DNA of 24,000 nucleotides from Sulfolobales archaeon (GTDB lineage Archaea > Thermoproteota > Thermoprotei_A > Sulfolobales > AG1): NCBI GenBank assembly GCA_038867615.1, contig JAWBYA010000005.1, positions 113,749 to 137,748 on the forward strand. The letters run 5' to 3'. The translations under genes were made by a program, and so were the position numbers. The notes below the pieces were generated by a model. The model ran no database searches. It was not told where the DNA came from and saw only the letters and a program-made list of their open reading frames with translations. This document shows positions 16,133-23,890 of the stretch, piece after piece. How positions within the stretch are numbered: position 1 is the stretch's first letter; each line of letters starts with the position of its first letter.

Positions 16133-16975
16133 TTGATCCTGGTCGTCTACCACACAGTTGTAAGGTGGGAGGAGGAGCAGATAGCAAGGGCTCTTGAAAG
16201 GCTGGGAGCTAGCTATAGGCTTATGGATGTTAGCAAAGAGCCTATAAAGATAGGGAGCAAGATCCCTAGCGATCCCTCGATAGCGATTCAGAGGAGTGTT
16301 AGCAGGATAGCCGCCCTAGAATCGACAATAGCTCTAGAGGGATCAGGGGTGAAGGTTATCAACAACTCCACCTCAATAGCTGCATCGCAGAGCAAGATCT
16401 GGTGTCTCTCAATACTAGCAAGATCCGGGATCCCGATCCCAAAGAGCTACGCATCATTCGGACCAAGCTCTATCGAGAAGAGTGCCGAGGATCTAGGCTA
16501 CCCGGTGGTCTATAAGCCCTCCCAAGGGAGCTGGGGCAGGCTTGTCTCAATGGCAAGAGACGCTGAAGAGCTTAGCGCACTGATAGCCCATAGAGAGTCC
16601 CTAGGCTCTCAAGCTCTCTACGGGATCGTGCAGGAGTATGTAAAGAAACCCTGGAGGGATATAAGGGCAACGGTGATCGGGGATCAGGTGATCTCGATCT
16701 ACAGGATCAACAAGGCACACTGGATAACAAACACAGCTAGAGGAGCAGAAGCCCGGCCAGTGCCAAAAGACCCAGAGCTAGAAGATCTAGCAATAAAGGC
16801 TGCTAAAGCCCTCGGGCTAGAGGTGGCTGGGATAGATATATTCGAGGATCCGGAGAGAGGATATATAGTGAATGAGGCAAACCCGGTTCCGGAGTTTAAA
16901 AACGTAGCTAGGGTTACCGGTGTAGATATAGCTAGCATTATAGCCGAGTATGTGTTATCGCAAGCCAGACTATAG
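16133..16975 (+). CDS. lysX: LysX/ArgX/RimK-type ATP-grasp ligase
   Basis: MILVVYHTVVRWEEEQI..., YPVVYKPSQGSWGR, IVQEYV, RATVIGDQV and AGIDIFEDPERGYIVNEANPVPEF form the ATP-grasp pattern of LysX. The start is TTG. Confidence 0.75.
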   Translation: MILVVYHTVVRWEEEQIARALERLGASYRLMDVSKEPIKIGSKIPSDPSIAIQRSVSRIAALESTIALEGSGVKVINNSTSIAASQSKIWCLSILARSGIPIPKSYASFGPSSIEKSAEDLGYPVVYKPSQGSWGRLVSMARDAEELSALIAHRESLGSQALYGIVQEYVKKPWRDIRATVIGDQVISIYRINKAHWITNTARGAEARPVPKDPELEDLAIKAAKALGLEVAGIDIFEDPERGYIVNEANPVPEFKNVARVTGVDIASIIAEYVLSQARL

Positions 16976-17216
16976 CAAAGCAACTAACACGGGTTCCTTG
17001 TATGTCTCGCTCGATTCCATGAGTAGATCAGCTTTGCTATCCGCTGTTCCTCGTTTAAATATGATCCCGTTTAGATCTATTAGTTGCAATTAGGCGTTTA
17101 AGGAGCGGTTTATGAGAACAAGGATCAAGCATCCTAGGAAGCCGTGGAAGCCCTTATGGTGTGGAGTGAAACAACCAATATCTAAGGACAAATAGCTATA
17201 CTTACCGATCTCTATA

Positions 17217-18008
17217 CTACAATACTGTCTTCACATAGCCCCCGTCAATCAGGATCATTGCCCCGTTTATGTATGATGCTTTATCGCTTGCTAGAAATGC
17301 TGCTAGATAGCCTATCTCTTCAGGCAAGCCCAGCCTCCCTACTGGGATGTCTTTAGCCAGGTTTTTGAGAGCCTCGTCAATGGTGATCTTGTTCCTCGAG
17401 GCTAGATCCTCGGCTATCCTCATCGTCCTCTCTGTCTTTATATGGCCCTGCATGATCCCGTTGGCTGTTACACCCATCCCGCCCAGCTCGTGGGCTAGTG
17501 ATTTCACGAGCCCTGCTATGCTTAGCCTCACGGTATTGGAAAGCACTATGGTTGGGATGATCTGTCTAAGTGTGCTCGAGGTTATATATATAAGCCTCCC
17601 CCACCTCCTCTCAACCATCCCCGGAACTACTAGTTTCGTGAGCCACACCGCGTTAAGAAGAAGAAGCCTTACAGCCTCTTCCCAGTCCTCGAAGCTGAGC
17701 TCCATAAATGTCCCAAGCTTAGGGGGCCCTGTGTTATATACAAGGATATCCACACCTCCAAATGTGTTCAGAACCTCTCTCACAAGCTTCTCGACATCGC
17801 TCCTAACCCTAAGATCAGCCTCTATGCCGAGAACCTCTGAGCCCGAGATCTCCTTCAACCTCTTAACAGCAAGATCCACGTTCTCCTTAGACCTAGATGT
17901 AACCACAACCCTAGCCCCCTCCTCAGCAAAGACCCTTGCAACACCAAAACCTATCCCCTTAGTCGAGGCTGTAACAATAACCCTCTTACCCTTCAAACCA
18001 AGATCCAT
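17217..18008 (-). CDS. Short-chain dehydrogenase/reductase-fold protein with a non-canonical active site
   Basis: The Rossmann motif reads KRVIVTASTKGIGFGVA and is followed by YNTG. SNTVR occupies the YxxxK position. ATG 18008 sits 29 nt from the TATA (minus strand GTATAAAT, 18038-18045). GTG 18032 is too close to that TATA. Confidence 0.8.
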   Translation of the reverse strand: MDLGLKGKRVIVTASTKGIGFGVARVFAEEGARVVVTSRSKENVDLAVKRLKEISGSEVLGIEADLRVRSDVEKLVREVLNTFGGVDILVYNTGPPKLGTFMELSFEDWEEAVRLLLLNAVWLTKLVVPGMVERRWGRLIYITSSTLRQIIPTIVLSNTVRLSIAGLVKSLAHELGGMGVTANGIMQGHIKTERTMRIAEDLASRNKITIDEALKNLAKDIPVGRLGLPEEIGYLAAFLASDKASYINGAMILIDGGYVKTVL

Positions 18009-18253
18009 ATAGTCACCAGATATAATTTCCACCCAGCATTTATACTAATGCTCTGCCCACAAACTAGACTCCGCCATGTCGTTATCTATAATGAGAGTTC
18101 CATAGAAACCTAAGCGATAGTGAGACAGAGAAGATCTAGAGAGGAGCTGCGGGTAAGGGTTGCTCTGAAGATGTGAAAGACAATGATGATCTTGATGAGA
18201 AGGCTCCAAGATTGGTGGAGCCGAGGATAGAGGTTAGGATCAAAATACCCGGG

Positions 18254-18904
18254 TTATCTGCCTCTGAGCCCTATGTAGAGGAGGATCGCTATGAGGATCA
18301 CTAAGATTGCTACCAACATGACGAGATATATATCTCCACCAAAACCTCCAGGCTTAGTATCGCTGACCACAGTGCCCTCCTTACTCCTGGTTATATGTGC
18401 TATGTAGAGGCTCCATAGATGTGGTTTGAACTCGTTGGGATGGTCCATGATCGATGCATATCCATTTGTAACGAGCCATAGGTTTATGTTTAGGAGATGT
18501 GTTGAGTTGATCTGGAGATAGGCTATAGCAATAACTCTACCGTATCTATCATACACATAGAGATCATCTATATCTAGATAAACCTCCCTACCCTCCAAGA
18601 GGTTCTTGAGCGCCGAGCGGGAGGAATCACCCTCAGGGGTTCCAAGCTCGGGAGCATTTATGTCGGCAAGCCTCACCCTAATGATAGATCCGTTCATGTT
18701 TAAGTATCTATCCTTGTAGATCGCAACAACCTTAGCATCGAACGTATCGCCATCGATAACACGTGTAACGATTGCAAGGGTCTCCAGATACTCTCCAGAC
18801 GGCTCTAGAGAGATCTGCCCCAGAGCCGTGGGAAGTAGTGCTGAGATTGCTACTATGATCGAGAGGATCATGCTCCTATGGGTTGTCCTCAATGTAGTGA
18901 TCAC
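18254..18904 (-). CDS. Staphylococcal-nuclease (thermonuclease/SNase)-like protein with a signal peptide and a C-terminal TM anchor
   Basis: SNase motifs present: VTRVIDGDTFDAKV, IRVRLADINAPE, YDRYGRVIA, LWLVTNGYA. The N terminus is hydrophobic (MILSIIVAISALLPTALG). The C terminus has a TM segment (YLVMLVAILVILIAILLYIGL) followed by RGR. Confidence 0.8.
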   Translation of the reverse strand: MITTLRTTHRSMILSIIVAISALLPTALGQISLEPSGEYLETLAIVTRVIDGDTFDAKVVAIYKDRYLNMNGSIIRVRLADINAPELGTPEGDSSRSALKNLLEGREVYLDIDDLYVYDRYGRVIAIAYLQINSTHLLNINLWLVTNGYASIMDHPNEFKPHLWSLYIAHITRSKEGTVVSDTKPGGFGGDIYLVMLVAILVILIAILLYIGLRGR

Positions 18905-19036
18905 ACCGTATATCTAGCTCCGAGGAATGCTTATATCTTCCCCAATCCAGGGGATCAACGGATATACGGAATACCTATAATACTATCAATTAGTAGGAGG
19001 GTTTAGGAGGCATAGCGTGTCTGGTTTAGGCAATAA

Positions 19037-19047
19037 GGTTTTATACC
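19037..19047 (+). promoter_or_regulatory. TATA box of reverse gyrase
   Basis: GGTTTTATACC lies about 37 nt upstream of GTG 19085. An in-frame TAG immediately precedes that GTG. Confidence 0.35.
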
Positions 19048-19084
19048 ATGAGCCATGTTGAATAGCCTATATGGGTTTGGATAG

Positions 19085-22000
19085 GTGCTAGCCGTCTATG
19101 AAGCCCTCTGCCCCTCCTGTGGAGGTGATATAGATTCCCACAGGCTCTCCATGGGTCTTCCCTGCAGGTCATGCATAGAAATTATAAGCCCTGGTCTCGA
19201 TATGATCGAGGATCCTTTTGAGAGGGCTAGGGCTATACTAAGCATCACCGGTAGAGGGGGTGACTATGGCTCTATAATATCGCAGGAGGAGGATCTCAAG
19301 GCGTTCTCATCTTTTTTCGAGAGGGTTGTCGGGCATAACATGTGGTCTATACAGAGAGCATGGGCTAGAAGACTCCTCAAAGGATCAAGCCTTGTTCTCA
19401 CCGCACCAACGGGGAGTGGTAAGTCCACACTTGTCCAGGCTTACTCACTCTACATGGCTTCGAAAGGGTATTCTGTCTACCTTGTAGTCCCCACAAGAGA
19501 GCTTCTTAGACAGAGTGTTGATAGGATCTCCAGCATGGCCTCCAGATCTAGCGCGAGGGTTAGGATAGCTTACTACGACTCCTCGGCTAAGAAGGACATG
19601 AGGGAGAAGGCTTTAGATGCAATAAGATCCGGGGAGTATGATCTACTCGCAACAACATCGAGCATGTTTACAAAGATCTCTGGGATCCTCTCGGAGAGGA
19701 GGTTCGATATAGTGGTTGCAGACGACCTGGACTCACTTATAAAGAGCTCGAGAAACCTAGAGGGGATCCTCGGCCTAGTAGGTGTGTCTAGAGAGGAGAT
19801 AGAACTTGCGCTCAAAATAGCCTCTAAAAAATACGAGATAGCCCTGGCAAGAGCCTCGAAAGACCCAGGAGAGCTTGAAAAAAATAGGGAGGAGGTAGAG
19901 GTTCTAAAGGCAGAGCTAGCCCTATCCCTCTCGAGGAAAAGGCTTGGACAGCTTGTGGTTTCAACAGCTACTGGGAAGAGCTGGGGTCTTAGATCAAAGA
20001 TCCTGAGGGAGATCCTGGGCTTCGAGGTTGGCGGTATTCTTGAGTATATGAGAAACATTATCGATGCATACACATATCCCGGATGGGATGATATAGACTC
20101 CCTAGAGGATCTTCTCAAAACCCTAGGGCCTGGTACTATTATCTATTTCTCCAGGGGCTATGATGACGAAAAGATCTCGGAGATCGTTAGCGAGCTGCAG
20201 AGAAACCTAAGGATAGGGATCTACAAGCCGGGAGGGAGGAGCCTTAGAAAATTCCTGGAAGGAGAGCTGGACTTCATAGCTGGGAAGGCTAGCTTCTACG
20301 GATCCCTTGTCAGGGGATTAGACGAGCCTTTGAGGATAAGAAATGCCGTTTTTATAGGGATCCCCAAGCACGTCATACCTCTGAAGAGCTATCTAGCAGA
20401 TCTCAGAAACCTCGCACTATTCTATAAAAGCATCGACTCCCAGGATACCTATAGAGAGATCTATAGGCTTCTCAGGAGACTCCCACCAACACTCCCCCCG
20501 GTTATTAAGAAGATCCTGAAGGGCTATGCAGAGGCCGGCGAGTCTCTCAGAGAGACCATAGATCTCATTAAGGGTTGGATAAGCAGTGCAATCCCGATCG
20601 CTAGGCAGAGGTGTAGAGACGGGATCGAGCTTGGAGGCTCGCTAATAATGTGCCCTGGCAATGGTGAACCGGTAGCAGTGATCCCTGATGCCATGACCTA
20701 TATACAGGCTAGTGGGAGGACGTCAAGACTATTCGGCGGGGGTATGACGCTAGGCTTATCGATCGTGATCCCCGAGAGCCTCGAGCTCCTCTCCCTCCTC
20801 TATAAGAGGCTAAAGAGATATATCCCCGAGCTTGTTTTCAGAGAATATAGAGAGCTGGATCTCGATGGGATTAGGAGGGAGCAGGAGAGGAGCAGGAACC
20901 CGGGATCTATGTCTGGGCAGCCCCTCTCTGCTAAGAGTGTGTTAATGATAGTCGAGTCCCCCACCAAGGCTAGGACTATAGCTAGGCTTTTCGGATCCAG
21001 GTCTAGGAGGCTTATAGGCCCCTACAACCTATATGAGTTCTCCTTCAGAAAGGATGATTCTCTATATATGGTGAGCGTTATAGCAACCATGGGCCATGTT
21101 TTCGATCTATCAACGGAGGGCGGCATCTATGGATTGATCCCAGAGACAGGGATCCTGATCCCGAGGTATGGCTTTATCAGGAGATGCCAATCCTGCGGAA
21201 CACAGTATACAGATCCTGTCGAGGTTTGTAGAAGGTGTGGGAGTACTAGGATTAAGAGCTCAGAGGATCTTCTAAAGATCCTTAGGAGGGTTTCAAGCGA
21301 GTACGACGAGATCCTCATAGCAACAGACCCCGATATGGAGGGTGAGAAGATAGCCTGGGATCTCTATCTCACGCTCAAGCCATATTCAAAAAGGATCCTT
21401 AGGGCCGAGTTTCACGAGATAACAAGGGGAGCTGTGTTACAAGCAATCACCTCACCGAGAACGATCTCTAGGAGTATGGTTAACGCACAGATCGTCAGGA
21501 GGATCGATGATAGAGTCACGGGCTTCTCAGTCAGCCAAGAGCTTCAGGAGAAGTTCTCCATGAGATGGCTTGGAGCAGGCAGGGTTGAGACCCCCGCGCT
21601 CAGCTGGGTTGTTGAGAGGTATAATCAATACAGATCATCCATGGGTTACAAGCTACTCCTAGAACTCTCTGGATACAGGGTACAGGTTTTCTTCGAGAGG
21701 AGGGAAGATGCAGAGGCCGCTTTGAAAAGCGCCCTCGACACTGGCGTGAGGATTGTTGATCTGGCTAGGGAGAAGAGGATCCTGAGACCCCCTCCCCCAT
21801 ATGTTACTGATAGCCTTATCTATGATGCCTCGGCAAAGCTTGGTCTACCAGCCTCTCTTATTATGAGGACTGCACAGGATCTTTTCGAGATGGGTTTGAT
21901 AACATATCACAGGACTGATTCTACGAGAATCTCTCAGAAGGGTTTTGAGATTGCTAGGGAGTATCTCTCTAAAAAAGATCTAGCAGATCTCTTCAACCCT

Positions 22001-22729
22001 AGATCCTGGGGGGATGGGGGAGCCCACGAGGCTATTAGACCTACACAGCCAATGGATCTCGAGGATCTTGAGAGAGCCTATCTCGAGGGCGAGATCCCGT
22101 GGGGAGATCTATCGTGGATCCATACCAGGGTTTATGACCTCATATTCAGGAGGTTCATAGCGAGCCAGATGAGCGAGACCGAAGCCGAGATCTGCATAGC
22201 ATCCCTCGAGGTTGGTGGGAAGAGCTTCTCCATAGAGGGTCTCTGCTCCGAGACCAGGGGTTTTAACCAGGTATACCAGGTTGTTAGAAAACTCCCCGAA
22301 GATCTTCTCAAGAGATCTTTGGGAGAATATATAGCTGTATCGTCAGCAAAGATCTCAAAGGGATCTTTGGTGAAACTGATCACCGGGGGAGAGCTTGTCA
22401 AGATCATGAGGGAAAAAGGTGTCGGAAGACCAAGCACCTATGCAAAGGCTATCGAGAGCAATAAGAGACACGGCTATGTGATCGAGAGCAAGAGGGGATA
22501 TCTAATCCCAACAAAGCTGGGCATAACGATCATAGACTATATTAGGCAGAAACACCCAAGCATAGCTAGCGAGGAGCATACAAGGAGACTCATGGAGCAG
22601 GTGGAATCCATAGAGAGGGGCGAGAGAAACGCTGAAGAAGTGTTGAGAGAGATCCTCGAGAGATACGCCAGAGAGGATCAAAGGATAGCGAGGATCATGA
22701 GCATAGATACAGAAGCCGGGACACACTAA
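19085..22729 (+). CDS. rgy: Reverse gyrase
   Basis: 1214 aa. Features in order: N-terminal Zn finger CPSCGG...CRSC; helicase Walker A LTAPTGSGKS; motif II VVADDLD; Toprim LMIVESPTKARTIARLFG and DPDMEGEKIAWD; an internal Zn ribbon CQSCG...CRRCG; and the topoisomerase IA catalytic Tyr in ITYHRTDSTRIS. Confidence 0.97.
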   Translation: MLAVYEALCPSCGGDIDSHRLSMGLPCRSCIEIISPGLDMIEDPFERARAILSITGRGGDYGSIISQEEDLKAFSSFFERVVGHNMWSIQRAWARRLLKGSSLVLTAPTGSGKSTLVQAYSLYMASKGYSVYLVVPTRELLRQSVDRISSMASRSSARVRIAYYDSSAKKDMREKALDAIRSGEYDLLATTSSMFTKISGILSERRFDIVVADDLDSLIKSSRNLEGILGLVGVSREEIELALKIASKKYEIALARASKDPGELEKNREEVEVLKAELALSLSRKRLGQLVVSTATGKSWGLRSKILREILGFEVGGILEYMRNIIDAYTYPGWDDIDSLEDLLKTLGPGTIIYFSRGYDDEKISEIVSELQRNLRIGIYKPGGRSLRKFLEGELDFIAGKASFYGSLVRGLDEPLRIRNAVFIGIPKHVIPLKSYLADLRNLALFYKSIDSQDTYREIYRLLRRLPPTLPPVIKKILKGYAEAGESLRETIDLIKGWISSAIPIARQRCRDGIELGGSLIMCPGNGEPVAVIPDAMTYIQASGRTSRLFGGGMTLGLSIVIPESLELLSLLYKRLKRYIPELVFREYRELDLDGIRREQERSRNPGSMSGQPLSAKSVLMIVESPTKARTIARLFGSRSRRLIGPYNLYEFSFRKDDSLYMVSVIATMGHVFDLSTEGGIYGLIPETGILIPRYGFIRRCQSCGTQYTDPVEVCRRCGSTRIKSSEDLLKILRRVSSEYDEILIATDPDMEGEKIAWDLYLTLKPYSKRILRAEFHEITRGAVLQAITSPRTISRSMVNAQIVRRIDDRVTGFSVSQELQEKFSMRWLGAGRVETPALSWVVERYNQYRSSMGYKLLLELSGYRVQVFFERREDAEAALKSALDTGVRIVDLAREKRILRPPPPYVTDSLIYDASAKLGLPASLIMRTAQDLFEMGLITYHRTDSTRISQKGFEIAREYLSKKDLADLFNPRSWGDGGAHEAIRPTQPMDLEDLERAYLEGEIPWGDLSWIHTRVYDLIFRRFIASQMSETEAEICIASLEVGGKSFSIEGLCSETRGFNQVYQVVRKLPEDLLKRSLGEYIAVSSAKISKGSLVKLITGGELVKIMREKGVGRPSTYAKAIESNKRHGYVIESKRGYLIPTKLGITIIDYIRQKHPSIASEEHTRRLMEQVESIERGERNAEEVLREILERYAREDQRIARIMSIDTEAGTH

Positions 22730-22846
22730 ACAAAAAACCTAGTAGTTCTGCCATAGTCAGCTGCTTCGAGGCTTACGAGGGTTTATAAGATAATGATATT
22801 AAACCTATGGTTCTGTGGGAACATAGCATAAGCTCTATTATTCTAT

Positions 22847-22897
22847 GGTAGATCCAGAGCGTGGGGCTTCCACCACCCCGCAGGGATCTCTACCACA
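22847..22897 (+). ncRNA. Candidate structured RNA: extended GC-rich hairpin followed directly by ACA; class unassigned
   Basis: GGTAGA(TCC)...(GGA)TCTACC forms the lower stem. GCGUGGGG/CCCCGC forms the upper stem, with a 9-nt loop. ACA lies at 22895-22897. A TATA-like GTTTATAAGA sits at 22781-22790. No K-turn GA motifs are present, so it cannot be called an H/ACA RNA. Confidence 0.25.
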
Positions 22898-23019
22898 CGG
22901 GTTCGCGACTAGATCGGACCTAACGGTATGGGGCTTCTATCTGCTGTGAAATCATCCCCTTAATTGCTTGAAATACTGCTCTATCACCACCTAGAGTCAA
23001 TCTCCAGCTTCTTAACATT

Positions 23020-23063
23020 GATATCTATTAGGATTAGATATTTAGATATCAGGATTAGATATC
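23020..23063. repeat. Cluster of four TAGATAT(C) motifs (three direct, one inverted), including AGGATTAGATAT x2 at 21-bp spacing
   Basis: Read directly: GATATCTA at 23020-23027 (inverted), TAGATAT at 23035-23041, TAGATATC at 23043-23050, TAGATATC at 23056-23063. AGGATTAGATAT occurs at 23030-23041 and 23051-23062. Confidence 0.6.
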
Positions 23064-23210
23064 CTTTCACAGGGCGCGGCATGATAGCCCTAGAACAGAG
23101 ATCCTAGTATACCCAAGGTTAGAGGCTGGTAATAGAGTAGAGAGGGATCATGCACTAGTTAATGGAGGTAAGGATAGGTGTGAACTAAACAGCTAAACAT
23201 TAGCGTAGGG

Positions 23211-23220
23211 TTTATATATT
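23211..23220 (+). promoter_or_regulatory. TATA box of the 23252 gene
   Basis: TTTATATATT ends 31 nt before GTG 23252. AGGAGAGG lies at 23241-23248. Confidence 0.4.
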
Positions 23221-23251
23221 GCTTCTGCCTAGCACTCCATAGGAGAGGCTT

Positions 23252-23890
23252 GTGAAGAGATTTGCTAGCCTCTCCCACAATAAGAGGGATATTTTCATAG
23301 CAGCTACAGCAATAGCCCTAGCCCTATCCATATCAATAGCATACGCCAACGTCTTCGTATATATGCCAATTGAGGTAAAGCTAGAGCCGGTAGCCCCGCC
23401 AGTATACTTTGAATATGGAAGCAATGCAGGAAACCCTGACCTAGGATCTAACAATGTCATAATGGTTAGCCTAGGATCTAGTAAAGAGAGCCTCACTGTT
23501 ACCATTCATCCAACATACGAGGTATCATACTATAAGAATGTATCAATAATAGTCAATACAGATAACAAGGTATACTACATATCATTCAAAGTAGAGGAGC
23601 CGGCTATCCTTCCTCCCGGGAGCATTCTATACCTCTGTGTATACGAGTCAAACGCTCCCAGAAAACTATGGACCAGTCCTGCTAACCCTCGACCAATCCC
23701 TGTTGATGTCCTCTGCATATACCTGCTACCCTATTATGCAAATGTCGCCTATGAACATATAATTTACCCTAACAGCAAGTTAGAGCTAGATGTATATGTA
23801 TACATACCACAGGGCGCTCCACTACCCTCCCAGACGAGCTCCAAGATCCACCTGATCTACACGCCGACATATGAGGAGCCAGGTGGTTGA
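23252..23890 (+). CDS. Hypothetical secreted or membrane-anchored beta-rich protein
   Basis: 212 aa. A basic N terminus plus a hydrophobic segment (KRDIFIAATAIALALSISIAYA) is followed by alternating beta-strand-like sequence rich in Y/V/I/N/P. I recognised no family. Confidence 0.6.
   Translation: MKRFASLSHNKRDIFIAATAIALALSISIAYANVFVYMPIEVKLEPVAPPVYFEYGSNAGNPDLGSNNVIMVSLGSSKESLTVTIHPTYEVSYYKNVSIIVNTDNKVYYISFKVEEPAILPPGSILYLCVYESNAPRKLWTSPANPRPIPVDVLCIYLLPYYANVAYEHIIYPNSKLELDVYVYIPQGAPLPSQTSSKIHLIYTPTYEEPGG

Noticed and set aside
17347-18012. 221-aa plus-strand ORF
   Set aside because: It is almost exactly antisense to the SDR gene. The translation is Ser/Leu/Thr/Pro-rich. It is the classic long shadow frame of a gene lacking antisense stop codons.
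18183-18222. C/D-box sRNA (ATGATGA at 18183-18189, TGATGA at 18193-18198)
   Set aside because: No CTGA D or D' boxes occur at the required ~12-nt guide spacing, and there are no terminal complementary ends. The nearby 7-bp hairpin GGCTCCA/TGGAGCC (18202-18222) is more simply a terminator-like element after the nuclease gene.
19573-20118. 181-aa minus-strand ORF, plus ORFs 21127-21318, 22132-22437 and 22502-22726
   Set aside because: All lie antisense within reverse gyrase, which is contiguous and motif-complete.
19085-22729. An intein or mobile insertion in reverse gyrase or RtcB
   Set aside because: The lengths are normal for both families. All catalytic motifs occur in order, with no block resembling the intein splicing motifs.
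22730-22897. The GC hairpin as the reverse gyrase terminator
   Set aside because: It starts about 118 nt after the stop codon and is not followed by an oligo-T tract. A TATA-like element also lies between the stop and the hairpin.
22898-22912. GGGTTCGCGA as a tRNA T-arm or tRNA fragment
   Set aside because: There is no complementary 3' half for a T-stem. I could not build an acceptor, D or anticodon arm on either strand.
23020-23063. The short repeats as a degenerate CRISPR array
   Set aside because: The units are only 7-12 nt long with 0-6 nt between them. This is nothing like 24-37-nt repeats separated by 30-40-nt spacers. No cas genes are in the window.
23212-23505. 97-aa minus-strand ORF
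   Set aside because: It overlaps the promoter and 5' half of the better-supported plus-strand gene, which has a TATA at the correct spacing and a signal-like N terminus.
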